A stretch of DNA of 35,234 bases, taken from the IMG/VR virus record IMGVR_UViG_3300017766_001184, positions 1 through 35,234 of that record; one strand, 5' to 3'. A program made the translations under genes and the position numbers. The DNA is from a virus (taxonomy: Duplodnaviria; Caudoviricetes). The notes under the pieces are model-generated. The model saw only the letters and a list, made by a program, of their open reading frames with translations. It was not told the origin of the DNA and did no database searches. How positions within the stretch are numbered: the first letter of the stretch is position 1; every line of letters starts with the position of its first letter. Shown one piece after another: positions 23,481-34,851 of the stretch.

Positions 23481-24487
23481 TAGACCGCGGAGTCAGAGGT
23501 GCGGAGCACGACGTAGATCGGCTGCGCTGCGACCTGCCCGTCGAGGACGGAGAACGAGTGCTCGACGGTGACGAGGTCGCCGTTGTTGGCGACGGGCACA
23601 GCCGACTCAAGGCGCGTGATGGGGAGCACGACCTGGAGCGTGGCGAACCCGGCGGACAGCGCCTCAGTCGAGGTCGCCGTCAGGGTGATCGCCAGGTCGG
23701 TGTCCGCGAGGTACGCGGTGCGGTACGTGGTGGCGGCGTACTCGGCGGTGAACGAGCCCGTGATCTCCCGCAGCCCGACGGTCGGCTTGGCCTTGAGGCC
23801 CGACGCACCGAAGTTGAACCGGTCGGTGGCGAGGTTGTTGGACACGCTCAGCGAGAAGTCGCGCACATCGGTCGCGGCGGTGCCGCCGGACGCGAGGGCG
23901 GTGGACGTCGGGACGGTGACGCTGCCGCCGACCGTGATGGCGGCGTGCGAGAACTGGAACAGCGACGGGGTCGTGGGGTAGGTCAGCGCGTCGAAGGCGC
24001 GGGCCGTGTCCAGCGAACGGATGTCGAAGTCGAACGACAGCTTGACGATGTCGTCGTTGCCGACCGTCAGCTCCCAGCCGGAGACCATGCAGCCCGCGAA
24101 CGTGTACGGGTCGATGGTGCCGTCGACGCGGGGCACCGACTTCTGGATCGTGACCGCCGGCGGGGTGTCGCCGAGGGTGTAGTTGTGCTGGTACGTGGAG
24201 CCGCTGACGAGGGTCGAGGTGCCGGTGCCCAGCGCGGCCTCGAGCAGACGGGACATGCCCTTGGTCTGCGCGTCGATCTCCAGCGTGCCCTCGCCCTGCG
24301 AGGTCGTGGTCACGCGGCGACCAGAGCGGGCGATGCGACCGTTGACGCGAAGCCCGGTGCCCTGCACCCGGTTCGGCATCTGGTTGAACGACTCGGAGTT
24401 GAACTCGTAGGCCGTGGTGCCAGCGACGGCAGTGCCGTAGGTGGACTCCTTGCCGACGTTGATCGAGCAGTCGTAGGGGGTAGCCAT
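23480..24487 (-). CDS. Major tail tube protein
   Basis: GKESTYGT, TIQK, F.GCMVSGWEL, REITGSFT.EY; size and position fit. Confidence 0.88.
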   Translation of the reverse strand: MATPYDCSINVGKESTYGTAVAGTTAYEFNSESFNQMPNRVQGTGLRVNGRIARSGRRVTTTSQGEGTLEIDAQTKGMSRLLEAALGTGTSTLVSGSTYQHNYTLGDTPPAVTIQKSVPRVDGTIDPYTFAGCMVSGWELTVGNDDIVKLSFDFDIRSLDTARAFDALTYPTTPSLFQFSHAAITVGGSVTVPTSTALASGGTAATDVRDFSLSVSNNLATDRFNFGASGLKAKPTVGLREITGSFTAEYAATTYRTAYLADTDLAITLTATSTEALSAGFATLQVVLPITRLESAVPVANNGDLVTVEHSFSVLDGQVAAQPIYVVLRTSDSAV

Positions 24488-24490
24488 GAC

Positions 24491-24667
24491 TCAGGCCTCC
24501 GGGGCGTCGTCGGTGTCGGCGGGGGTGGGGATGTAGTTGTCGGGGGCGAGCAGCAGCGCGGCTGCCTGCTCCTTCGTGGCGGGGAAGTCGTCGCCGCGCT
24601 TGACGGTGATGCCGAGCAGGACGACGTCGGCCTCGGCGAACGAGCCGACGTAACGGATGGAGGGCAT
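24491..24667 (-). CDS. Small structural hypothetical protein (58 aa)
   Basis: MPSIRYVG...VKRGDDF...AAALL; AGGAG RBS; directly before the tail tube. Confidence 0.75.
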   Translation of the reverse strand: MPSIRYVGSFAEADVVLLGITVKRGDDFPATKEQAAALLLAPDNYIPTPADTDDAPEA

Positions 24668-24678
24668 GTGATCTCCTG

Positions 24679-25140
24679 TCAGGCGAGCAAGCGGCCAGCG
24701 ATGGTGAAGTCGACGGTCGACTTGCGTCCGTCCTCGATCTCGTCGGGCTCCTCGGTCAGCTCCCACTCGGTGAGCCGCGCCCACTGGACGGTCGAGCCGA
24801 GCGACACCTGCGTGCTCGGCGTGGTGCCGGAGTCCTGCACGTAGTCCGCGAGTTCGGCGAGCATGTCCAGCGCCCGCTCGGTCACGGTCTGCTGAACCTC
24901 GGTGCCGCCGCCGTCGTAGGTAGCGATGCGCCCGGTGATGGCGAAGTCGTGCCACCGCTGCCGCAGGGGCGACAGTCGCGCCTCAGCCTCGGACATCGTC
25001 ACGTCAAGGATCTCGGCGTAGTCGTCGGGCTCGTCCGTCCCGCACGGGCCGTAGAACACGACGACGGGGTCGGGCCACAGGGTGCGGCACACGGTGACGA
25101 GCGCAGCCTTCGCGGCCTTGCCCGCGCTGGGCGCGCTCAT
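24679..25140 (-). CDS. Tail terminator-like protein
   Basis: 153-aa acidic protein (VFYGP...F.ITGRI...RALDMLAELADYV) between the adaptor and the tube. Confidence 0.7.
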   Translation of the reverse strand: MSAPSAGKAAKAALVTVCRTLWPDPVVVFYGPCGTDEPDDYAEILDVTMSEAEARLSPLRQRWHDFAITGRIATYDGGGTEVQQTVTERALDMLAELADYVQDSGTTPSTQVSLGSTVQWARLTEWELTEEPDEIEDGRKSTVDFTIAGRLLA

Positions 25141-25952
25141 GCGAAGCCCGGCATGGAGCGGTGCATCGACGCGCGGCACAACTCGACCGCACGCGACGGG
25201 ACCGCGAACCCGGACGACAGGACGGTGACGTCGTCGTTGGCGTTGCGGCCACGCTTCTGCTGCCCGACGCGGTACAGGTGCGCCGCGATGATGCGCGCCG
25301 CGAGCACGATGTTCGGGTCGACGCTCGATCCGCCGGCGGTGTACGTGACGACGACGTTCTGCCGCCCGTATGTGAACGGCATCGGCGACGACGACCCACC
25401 AGCCCACACGATCCCGCTGGACAGGTTCGCCGTGTAGTCAGTGGTGGCGACCCCGTCGACCGTGACCGACGTGATCGCGGATGCGACCTCGCCGAGCAGT
25501 ACCGCGGGCTTGCCGCCATCGTGCGTCTCGGTGGCCGTCGCGGACAGGACGCGCCCGACGATCTCCTCGACGACGGGGGTAGCCGCCGCGATGTACAGCC
25601 GCAGCTCGTCGTCGTTGACGTTCGTGTCGTGGTTGAGCTCGGCCTTCGCGTCCGCGAGGGAGCAGATCAGGCGAGGGTCTGCGGGCCACACGTCGGCGAC
25701 GTCGGACCACGGCAGCGCGCCGGAGTTGGTGCCCGACCCGGTGAACGTGCAGCGGTAGCGCCCCGCCTGGGTGGAGACGTGCGCCACGCTGTACAGCCCC
25801 GTCGCCGAGGTCGTCGGCGTCGCGGTTGTGGTGGTTCCGTCGGGCCGGGTGATCGTGGCGTTGCCCATCGTGCCGACGTTCGCCAGAGCCCCGGCGGCGT
25901 CGTACACGGACAGGCCGAAGGTGAGCGTCTGCCCGACCTCGTAGGTCGTCAC
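25137..25952 (-). CDS. Head-tail adaptor (HK97 gp6/SPP1 gp15-like) with N-terminal Ig-like extension
   Basis: About 90-aa beta-rich N-terminus (ITRPDGT...GLY...AGRY), then SLADAKAELN...DDELRLYIAAAT..VE..VGR...VVVTYTAG...AHLY. Confidence 0.82.
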   Translation of the reverse strand: MTTYEVGQTLTFGLSVYDAAGALANVGTMGNATITRPDGTTTTATPTTSATGLYSVAHVSTQAGRYRCTFTGSGTNSGALPWSDVADVWPADPRLICSLADAKAELNHDTNVNDDELRLYIAAATPVVEEIVGRVLSATATETHDGGKPAVLLGEVASAITSVTVDGVATTDYTANLSSGIVWAGGSSSPMPFTYGRQNVVVTYTAGGSSVDPNIVLAARIIAAHLYRVGQQKRGRNANDDVTVLSSGFAVPSRAVELCRASMHRSMPGFA

Positions 25953-27661
25953 GATGCGCCTCCTGCGTGTGGTCCGTTCGGCCCGGTGGCGACTCGTGCC
26001 GCTCCGGGGTTGCTGCCGCCGCTGTGCGGGCCGCTGCCGCCCGTTCGGGCGCGGGGTGCTGCGCCGCTACTACCGCGTGCGGTGGGGCCTCCTGCGCCGC
26101 TACGGGCGCGACCCGCTGGCGCGTCGCCCGTGGTCCCGATGAACGACCCCGCGCCACCCGCTGCGACCGCTGCGCCGACGAGTGACCCGAACGACGCACC
26201 GCCCGTGAGCGCGGACGGTCCGCCGTTGGCGAGGGCTGCCCCGGCGGACGTGGTGAAGGCTGCCGACCCGGTGAAGGCCGACGACCCACCGCCCGCGAGA
26301 GCAGCAGCCGCCGCCGTGGTGAACGACCCGCCGCCCGTGAAGGCCGACGAGCCGCCACCCGCAAGGGCTGCCACGGCAGTGGTGGTGAAGCCAGCCCCGC
26401 CGGTGAAGGCGGTCGACCCACCCGACGCGACTGCCGCGCCTGCGATGGTCGTGAAGGTGCCAGCACCGCCGGCGCCTCCGGTGAACGACGACGAGCCGCC
26501 GCCCGCGAGGGCCGCGCCTGCCGTGCTACCGAACGTCGCGTCGCCCGTGAGGGTGCTCGAGCCACCCGCCGCCAGGGCCGCAGCCGCCGACGTCGTGAAG
26601 GCAGCGCCACCCGTGAAGGACGTCGAGCCGCCGTTGGCGGTTGCGGCGCCCGCTGCGGTGCCGAACGTGGCGCCACCGGTCAGGGTGGACGAGCCACCCT
26701 GCGCGCTTGCAGCGCCGCCCGTGGTGGTGAAGGCAGCGCCGCCCGTGAAGGCGCTGGAGCCGCCGGACGCAAGCGCGGCACCGACGGTGGAGCCGAAGCC
26801 CGCGCCGCCCGTGAACGCGCTAGAGCCGCCGTTGGCGAGGGCGGACCCTGCCGTAGTGGTGAAGGTGCCATCGCCACCGACAGCGGCCCGCACCTCGTAC
26901 GTGATCGAGGCAATGATGCCCGTAGCGGAGTAGACCGCAGAGTACGTGCCGGTCGGCGAGGAGTACGACGTGGCGACGTAGGACGCGGCGCGCATGTTCG
27001 CAGCCGCGGCAGTGGTCGTGGCGATCTCGAGCGCGTCGATCAGGCCAGCGGGCGGGGTGGTCACCGTCGCAGCGGTGGCGCTCACGGTGGTCCGGTGCTG
27101 GAACGCCGCGACGATGAACGAGCCCGTAGAGTCGACGGGCGTGATCGTCGGCGCGACCACGGTGGCCGAGTTCGTTCCGGCGGACGGCGTCGTCGCCGGG
27201 GTCTGAGCGACCGAGCCGACACCGGCGCAGCCGGAGTAGACGCGGACCTTCCACATCATTCGCTGCGTGCCGCCGTACGTCATCGACACCGTGGAGCCGG
27301 AGTCGCCAGAGACTGCCTGCTTGACGTACAGCGCGATCGTCGTGCCGTTGGTATTGCGGGTGAAAGCTGCCTGCGTGTAACCGACCGACGTGGGGTCGAC
27401 GGTCGGGTCGGCGGCGCCCGCGGTAGCTGCGAACTCTAGGAAGATCCAGTCATCCGTGCCGACGGTCCACGTCGGCAGGGTGATGCTCTCGGTTGATACC
27501 GAGGTGGACGATGTGAAGGAGCCGGTCTGGATCAGGGTGAGGCCGCCGCCGCTGGCGGGCGTCTCGGTGAACTGCGGGTCGTACCAGCCCTCTACCGAGG
27601 CGAGCGGGCCGAACCAGCCCTTGTCGTCGTATAGGCGCTCGAACACCTGAAAGAGCGCCAC
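25949..27661 (-). CDS. Fibre-like structural protein with eleven 22-aa repeats (570 aa)
   Basis: Thr/Ser-rich beta domain followed by (F-T/G-x-x-A-G-A-A-L-A-x-G-G-S-S-x-F/L-T-G-G-A-x) repeats. Confidence 0.75.
   Translation of the reverse strand: MALFQVFERLYDDKGWFGPLASVEGWYDPQFTETPASGGGLTLIQTGSFTSSTSVSTESITLPTWTVGTDDWIFLEFAATAGAADPTVDPTSVGYTQAAFTRNTNGTTIALYVKQAVSGDSGSTVSMTYGGTQRMMWKVRVYSGCAGVGSVAQTPATTPSAGTNSATVVAPTITPVDSTGSFIVAAFQHRTTVSATAATVTTPPAGLIDALEIATTTAAAANMRAASYVATSYSSPTGTYSAVYSATGIIASITYEVRAAVGGDGTFTTTAGSALANGGSSAFTGGAGFGSTVGAALASGGSSAFTGGAAFTTTGGAASAQGGSSTLTGGATFGTAAGAATANGGSTSFTGGAAFTTSAAAALAAGGSSTLTGDATFGSTAGAALAGGGSSSFTGGAGGAGTFTTIAGAAVASGGSTAFTGGAGFTTTAVAALAGGGSSAFTGGGSFTTAAAAALAGGGSSAFTGSAAFTTSAGAALANGGPSALTGGASFGSLVGAAVAAGGAGSFIGTTGDAPAGRARSGAGGPTARGSSGAAPRARTGGSGPHSGGSNPGAARVATGPNGPHAGGAS
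26126..26863 (-). repeat. 66-bp coding tandem repeat, 11 units
   Basis: Unit-initial Phe codons at 26861, 26795 ... 26189 give 10x66 bp plus one 12-bp insertion. Confidence 0.88.
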
Positions 27662-27679
27662 GGCGGACTACCTCTCAGG

Positions 27680-29005
<1,326 letters not shown>

Positions 29006-29036
29006 GGAGGTAACTCCTAAGACGAGGGGAAGGGGA

Positions 29037-29471
29037 TCAGGTGCAGTCGATGTAGAGGGTCGGCGCAGGCAGGTCGACGGTGAACGTGCCACCCGTCGAC
29101 GTGATGTCCGACGCCTCCGTGCAGTACGCCAGCAGCTCGTCGGCGGTCGACGCACCACCGCGCGACTTGTAGATGACCGCCGTGCGCGCCGTGATCGTCG
29201 AGGACGTCCACGTCGGATCGGTCCAGCTGATCTGCACCTGGTCCGACGCCGCGTCGTACGTCACCGACACGCCCGACAGCGTCGCGCCGCCGGCGGTGTA
29301 GCCGGTGCCCGTGACCTCGTTGGTCACGTCGTTGCGGAAGTCGTCGGTGTCCTTGACCGGGGTGTATGCCGACGTCGTCAGCATGATCTTGAACGTGTCG
29401 GTGTTGAGGTCGACGGTGCCGGTCACGGCGGCGAGCAGCCCCGCGCCGTACCAGTTCCAGGTGCCAGCCAT
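29037..29471 (-). CDS. Virion structural protein (144 aa)
   Basis: VDLNTDTFKIMLTTSAYTP...NEVTGTGYTAGG.TL...W...TITAR.AVIY; Thr-rich beta protein in the head module. Confidence 0.75.
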   Translation of the reverse strand: MAGTWNWYGAGLLAAVTGTVDLNTDTFKIMLTTSAYTPVKDTDDFRNDVTNEVTGTGYTAGGATLSGVSVTYDAASDQVQISWTDPTWTSSTITARTAVIYKSRGGASTADELLAYCTEASDITSTGGTFTVDLPAPTLYIDCT

Positions 29472-29477
29472 GTTGGG

Positions 29478-29708
29478 TTACGCCTTCCGGGTGCGGGGCT
29501 TGGGGGCCGCTGCCGTCTCGGCTGCGGGAGCGGTGGCCTTGTAGCCGAGGGCTGCGAGGGCTGCGTCGACCGACTTCACGCGCTCGGGGAGGTCGCGGAC
29601 GATGTAGCCCTGGCGCTCGGAGAGCAGCGCCTCCACCGGGCCGGATGCGGCAGCCTCGGCGCGCTTCTCGCCGGCGGCGGCGAGGGCGGCAGCGGAACGA
29701 TCAGACAT
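29478..29708 (-). CDS. Small capsid-adjacent hypothetical protein (76 aa)
   Basis: ALLSERQGY...RV..VDAAL...KPRTRKA; GGAG RBS. Confidence 0.75.
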   Translation of the reverse strand: MSDRSAAALAAAGEKRAEAAASGPVEALLSERQGYIVRDLPERVKSVDAALAALGYKATAPAAETAAAPKPRTRKA

Positions 29709-29753
29709 GGTGACTCCGTAGGTGTGCGGTGGTTGTGGTCGGGCCGTCGCCCC

Positions 29754-29782
29754 CAACCCCCCGCCACATACGCGGGGGGTTG
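29754..29782 (-). terminator. Hairpin after the capsid gene
   Basis: CAACCCCCCGC/GCGGGGGGTTG perfect 11-bp stem, 15 nt past the capsid stop. Confidence 0.65.
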
Positions 29783-29797
29783 AGAGTCACGAACCGA

Positions 29798-31197
29798 CTA
29801 GAAGGTCGGGGTGACGAGGCCGGTGCCGGCGATCTTCTGGTGGCCGTTGGTGTAGCGGCGGAACGAGTACGCCGCGTAGCCGTAGACCACGAGCAGCACG
29901 CCGAGGGACGCGGCGGCCGGCTGCTCGGCGCGGATGAACACCGGGGCGGACGCGTCCTCCCACAGGTGAAGCTCCGCCGAGTTGACGACGTAGATCTCGT
30001 CCTCGTTCGTGCCGACGCCGAGGTTCGTCGCGATGTTGTTGTCGACGATGACCTTGATGCCGTTGGGCAGGATGCCGCGGACGTTGTCGCCGTAGCCGGT
30101 GGCGTAGTTGGCGCCACCCTGCTGCGCGGCGTACCCGGCTGACCGATGAACGGCCACGAGGTGCCGACCTGCGACTGCATCCACGCCCAGCGGCGCGAGT
30201 GCATGACCGCGTAGAGGTCGCCGACGCCCTGGTCGAGCATGACGGCCTCGAGGTTCGACTGCGCGTTGAGCACCTTCGGGTACAGCTCGGCGGCGGTCGG
30301 CGACGCGTCGGTGTAGGCCACCGACTGCGCCACGTTGGTCAGACCCGTGGTGGCGTCGTTGAGCAGCTTGGCGTCGAGCGCCGAGTGGTAGCGACGGAAC
30401 AGGTCGTTAAGCGTGACCTCCTCCGTGCCGGTGCCGCGCTCGATGGCCTGACGGTTGAGGGTCTGCTGACCGGCGACGGTGAACATCGTCTCGGTGAGCA
30501 GGGTGTCGTCGATGTTGGTCTCCGACACAGCCGAGTTCTCCGAGGACTGTGCCGCGGCGCTGGTGGCCGTGGTGATCCGGGAGATGTTGACCGTGGTGCC
30601 GTCTGCGGGAAGCGAGTGCTTCGAGCAGATGTTGGCGAACGGGCGGGCGTTGGCGGCAGCCGGGGCGACGAGGTCCGTGAGGTACTGCGGGACCACGAGG
30701 CCGGCGAACGCGCCGGTGCCGGCGGCGCGGGCGAGCTGGTCGCCGCGCTCCACCTGCTCCTCGCGCATGTGACGCTCGACGCGCTCGCGCGACTGGCCGA
30801 AGGGGCTGATCGCGGAGAGGGCCACGTCACGGAGGAAGGTCTGACCCTTGGGGTCGGACCCGGGGCTGTAGGTGCGAGCCTCGGCGCCGACGCGGGCGAC
30901 CTCGTCGTAGGCGGGCTTCGGCGCGGCGGGGACGCTGCGCTTCGCCAGCTCGGCGATCTCGGCCTCGCGGGCGATCTCGCGGTCGAAGTCCGCGATCTCG
31001 GCGCGGACGGCGTCGATGTCGGTGTCGACACCGGCGCGCTTGGCGGCGACGCCCTTGATGTCGTCGGCGGTGATGGTGGCGTCGCCGGACTCGACCGACG
31101 CGCGCATGGCGGTCAGCTCGTCGGTGTGCGCCTGACGCTGGGCAAGGAGGGACGTAAGCCGCTCCTGCGCCCGCGCCTTGAGGGCATTGAGGTCCAC
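29798..31197 (-). CDS. HK97-fold major capsid protein, interrupted by a one-base frameshift near 30135
   Basis: Coiled-coil delta domain, GLVVPQYL and VMHSRRWAW in the first frame; the capsid-like C-terminus (GILPNGIKVIVDNNI...EDEIYV...LHLWE...VYGYAA) is in the -1 frame. Joined length is about 466 aa. Confidence 0.9.
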
Positions 31198-31333
31198 GGG
31201 GGACTCCTTCTCAGGGTGGGGTTTGGGTGGGTTGCGGCCTGCATCTGTCAGCCGGGCGGGCGTGGGCGCGCGCGGGCGAGGGCATGACCAGAGCCCCGCT
31301 GCCCGATGGGCGCGGGGTTGCTTGTGAGGTGGG

Positions 31334-32020
31334 TCAGTCGACGAGGTAGATGGACAGCAGCGCGGCGCGCACGTCTACCGGGGCCAGCGGTTCGCGCGCC
31401 TGCTCAACCGAGCGGACGCCGCTGGTGGCGTTGGGGTTCGCGCCGAAGTTCACGGCTGACACGTCGCCGCGCTCAAGGTCGACTGCGTTGATCCGGTACT
31501 CGGTGTAGTCCGGGGACCATTGGCCCGCGTCGATGCGGAACTTGAACGACGCCTCGGCGAGGTGCCCGTCGCGCAGGGCCGTGAGCATGTCCGCCACGTC
31601 AGTTCGCGCGGGGTTCACCTGCGCCTCGTAGCGCAGGCCCGTGTCGTCGACCGACAGGAGCAGCGAGCCGTTGCGGGTGTGCGCCATCGGCATCCCGCCG
31701 CCGGCGCCGTGGTTCACCGTGAACTCGACGAGCGGGTCCGTCTTGAGCGTCGCGTCGAACGCGTCGCGGGACACGACCTCGGTGTACGGGCCGAACATGT
31801 CGTACATCTCGTACGGCGTCTCAGTGACGGACGCGTAGCCGGTCACCGTCACGCGGTCCTCGTCGGCGCCGGACTTCGATGCGCGCACGTCGAGTGCGTG
31901 GATCGTCGCCCGGCAGGTCGACAACGTCCCAGAGTCGTCGGCGTTGCGGCGCTGCGACGGGCGGTCGGTGGCCTGGCGCACGCCTACGGCGCGAGCCTCG
32001 GCAGCCTCACGGATGTTCAT
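31334..32020 (-). CDS. HK97-type prohead protease
   Basis: VTGYASV, EVV...AF, NHG, VDDTGLRYEA, ASFKF, DVSAVNFGANP.T. Confidence 0.92.
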   Translation of the reverse strand: MNIREAAEARAVGVRQATDRPSQRRNADDSGTLSTCRATIHALDVRASKSGADEDRVTVTGYASVTETPYEMYDMFGPYTEVVSRDAFDATLKTDPLVEFTVNHGAGGGMPMAHTRNGSLLLSVDDTGLRYEAQVNPARTDVADMLTALRDGHLAEASFKFRIDAGQWSPDYTEYRINAVDLERGDVSAVNFGANPNATSGVRSVEQAREPLAPVDVRAALLSIYLVD

Positions 32021-33177
32021 GCGGGCGTTCCGTTCGTCGGGGTGGCCTTGGCGGGGAACAGGCGGGCGAACTCCGCTTCCTGCTCAGCGGTGAACGGCGG
32101 CAGGTTGTCGAGCTCCCGCGCCTCGGATGGGGCAAGGGTGCGACCGGCGACGCGCGACAGAATCGCCTCGGTACGCGCGGTCGGGTCCATGCGGAGGATC
32201 GCGTCGGTGGCGAACTTGACGTAGCGGGGCTGGGGCAGCAGGCGAGACAGCGCGACCTCGCGGCGGATGATCGCCGGGCCGAGGTTCATCACGAGCAGTT
32301 GGAGGTTCCGCTGCGTGACGTTCGCGTAGGTGATCGACGAGGACGAGCCCTCGGCGTCGATCATGTCGGCGGGCACGCCGAAGAACCGGGTAACGTCCGT
32401 GACCCCGTACTTCATCTGCTCGAGGAACGCGGCCTGTGAAGCGTCGGCGGCGGCGGGGGTGTACTCCCACTCCGCGCCCGTGACGAACACGTCACGGCCA
32501 GACACAGAAGCCTTGAAGCGGTCCTTCATCACCTGTGCGACCTTCGAACTAATCTCGGTCGTCTCGGTGTTCCTCAGTGTCCCCGTGGGGGCGACGTCGT
32601 TGGCGAACCAGTCGAGCGCGAACTGCTGCGCCGACAGGTAGCCACCGATCGACCACGCCGCGTAGGAGACGGGCGACAGGCCGAGGGGCATCCCCGGGAT
32701 CGTGAACTGCTTCTCGTGCCAGACCTCGGACGGCTGGTAGATCCGCTTGCCGATCCGCCACTCGATGATCTCCGAACCCTTGCCGCGTGCGTATACGTCG
32801 GACAGTGGCACGAGGTCGATGCGGCGGGGGAGGCCCATGCCGTCGCGCTCGGTGATCGGGCCGACGACGTTGCCGGAGCGGTCGAGGTCGAACTGCGACG
32901 AGTACAGCCACTCCGTGATCGGGACGGACTCGCCACCCGGGGTGACCAGTACAGGAGGCTTTGCCACCTCGATCTGAACACCCTCGCGCCGGCGGTACGC
33001 GTCCAGCGGCATCGTCGAGATCAGGTCCGCACGCAGCCGGAGGCACGCCCACACCGCAGACGAGCGAAGCGCCGAGTCGGACGTAACAACGACCGAACCC
33101 GTACCGTTCGCGCCGTACCGATTGGGGATCAGGTCGGCTGCTGTCGTGAGGGCACGGCGACCGAAGAGCAGGCTCAT
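32017..33177 (-). CDS. HK97-type portal protein
   Basis: AVWACLRLRADLISTMPL, GN, GLSP, FLEQMK...FFGVP, ITYANV, EARELDNLPP. Confidence 0.95.
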   Translation of the reverse strand: MSLLFGRRALTTAADLIPNRYGANGTGSVVVTSDSALRSSAVWACLRLRADLISTMPLDAYRRREGVQIEVAKPPVLVTPGGESVPITEWLYSSQFDLDRSGNVVGPITERDGMGLPRRIDLVPLSDVYARGKGSEIIEWRIGKRIYQPSEVWHEKQFTIPGMPLGLSPVSYAAWSIGGYLSAQQFALDWFANDVAPTGTLRNTETTEISSKVAQVMKDRFKASVSGRDVFVTGAEWEYTPAAADASQAAFLEQMKYGVTDVTRFFGVPADMIDAEGSSSSITYANVTQRNLQLLVMNLGPAIIRREVALSRLLPQPRYVKFATDAILRMDPTARTEAILSRVAGRTLAPSEARELDNLPPFTAEQEAEFARLFPAKATPTNGTPA

Positions 33178-33335
33178 GCGCTACCCCTCCGGGTCATGGC
33201 GAACGACAGGGCGAGGCAGAAGCCACCGAACACGGCCAGCGCGGCGGCGAGCCCGAACGCGAGCCACGCCGCAGCGGTCAACCCCACGACGCCGACGACG
33301 TCGAGGACGGTGGTCACGTCGGGGCGCTTGGGCAT
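33174..33335 (-). CDS. Small membrane protein between terminase and portal (53 aa)
   Basis: Manually translated MPKRPDVTTVLDVVGVVGLTAAAWLAFGLAAALAVFGGFCLALSF...; ATGA overlap with the portal. Confidence 0.75.
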   Translation of the reverse strand: MPKRPDVTTVLDVVGVVGLTAAAWLAFGLAAALAVFGGFCLALSFAMTRRGSA

Positions 33336-33345
33336 GACGCTCCGA

Positions 33346-34851
33346 TCAGTAGGCAGAAGCGAGAAGTTCCGCGTCGGACTTGGGGGCGCGCTTGCCGCGC
33401 ACCGCGTGAGCAGCGAGCGCGAGCGCGTACAGCGGCGACAGGTCGTCGCCCGGGTCCGCGTCGAACACCCACTCGCCGCGCTCCGTCGAACGGCGGGCGG
33501 CGGTGACTGCGGACTCGAGCGCGGTGTTCAGCTCGGGCGTGGTCTTGCGGATCGCCACCGGCTCACCGTCCGCGTGGATCAGGTCGTACAGCCCGGCGCA
33601 CGCGCGGCGGACCTCGGTCGAGTTGAGCGACTTGAACCCGCGCAGGGACTCGATGTCGGACGCCAGCGCACCGGCAGCCATAGCGCCCGCGATGACGAGG
33701 GCCTGCGGCTTGTGGTTCGCCGTGAGGTCGGTCAGGTACGGCGCCACCCAGGACACGCCCTCGCGGTGCTCGATGAGCTCAAGGTGCAGTGCGCCGTCGC
33801 CACGACGTGACGCCACCGCCACCGACGACCATGCGCGGTCGGGGGTGACGTGCAGCGCGAACGAGACGCGGGAGCCGGGGGTCGTGCGGTCGTCCTGTCG
33901 CTTCCACCATGCGGGCAGGTGGAACAGGCCACCGCGGCCCTTCTCGTCCCACCAGCCGAGGCGCTCACGGGCGAACTCGGACGGGTTCAGCGACCGGCGC
34001 TCAGCGGCAATGTAGCGCGCCGAGATCCTGCCCCGGACGTGCGCGGGGTTCGCCGCCCGCCAGTTCGCGGGATCGTCCAACATGCAGCCGACCGCGTCGC
34101 GGTGGTGGTCGCAGTCGCGCGTCGCACACGCACCCGAAGGCGGCGCGCACCACTCGACGTAGACCAGCGACGGGTCGTTGCCAGCCCGCCCGCGATCCTT
34201 CACATCGTGCAGGACTGCGGAAGTCGCAAGGCCCGCCGAGGAGGCGTAGACCACGAGCGGGTCGGGGCGAGCCGACAGCGTCGGCATCAGGGCGCCCATC
34301 ATCTCCGCAGTCAGGAACAGCGCCTCGTCGAGGATGACGAGGTCGCCGGACAGACCGCGACCGGACGCCTGCGACCGTGCGATGAACACGATGCGCGAGC
34401 CGTTGTGGAACTCGAACGCTTCCTCGCCGTTCGAGAACGACACCTTGGAGACGCGAGCCTCAACCTCGGGCGTGGTCTTGACGATGCGCAGCAGCGACAG
34501 GAACGCCTCGTGCGAGGTCTTGTAGCGGTGCGCCGACCACACGACCAGCTGGTCAGGGCGACGGATCGCGGCGAGCAGCGCCAGGGGCGCCAGTACCCCG
34601 CCCGTCTTGCCGTTCTGGCGGGCCTGGATCAGTGCCGCTTCTAGTGCCGCAAACCTGTCGTCGCCGTCCTCGTCGCGCACCGACAGGATCGCGTCGAGCG
34701 CGAGCACCTGCTCCGGGTCGAGCGTGATGCCGCAGATCGCGGCGAGGGTGACCGCCTGTGCGCCGAGCGAGTCGACCCGGTCGGGGATCGACAGGAACGC
34801 CGGCGGGACGAGGTCAGGAGGTGCGTCGGTTCCGTCGGTCGAGGAGTTCAT
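33346..34851 (-). CDS. terL: Terminase large subunit
   Basis: Walker A ARQNGKT, Walker B LVILDEA, SSAG coupling motif, WRAANP, FARERLGWW. Confidence 0.95.
   Translation of the reverse strand: MNSSTDGTDAPPDLVPPAFLSIPDRVDSLGAQAVTLAAICGITLDPEQVLALDAILSVRDEDGDDRFAALEAALIQARQNGKTGGVLAPLALLAAIRRPDQLVVWSAHRYKTSHEAFLSLLRIVKTTPEVEARVSKVSFSNGEEAFEFHNGSRIVFIARSQASGRGLSGDLVILDEALFLTAEMMGALMPTLSARPDPLVVYASSAGLATSAVLHDVKDRGRAGNDPSLVYVEWCAPPSGACATRDCDHHRDAVGCMLDDPANWRAANPAHVRGRISARYIAAERRSLNPSEFARERLGWWDEKGRGGLFHLPAWWKRQDDRTTPGSRVSFALHVTPDRAWSSVAVASRRGDGALHLELIEHREGVSWVAPYLTDLTANHKPQALVIAGAMAAGALASDIESLRGFKSLNSTEVRRACAGLYDLIHADGEPVAIRKTTPELNTALESAVTAARRSTERGEWVFDADPGDDLSPLYALALAAHAVRGKRAPKSDAELLASAY

Noticed and set aside
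26126-26863. 66-bp periodic repeat as a CRISPR array or DGR template
   Set aside because: The variation preserves a protein repeat, and there are no unique spacers, cas genes or reverse transcriptase.
29701-30130. The 498-aa ORF's C-terminus as a real capsid extension
   Set aside because: It is low-complexity out-of-frame sequence; the capsid motifs continue in the other frame.
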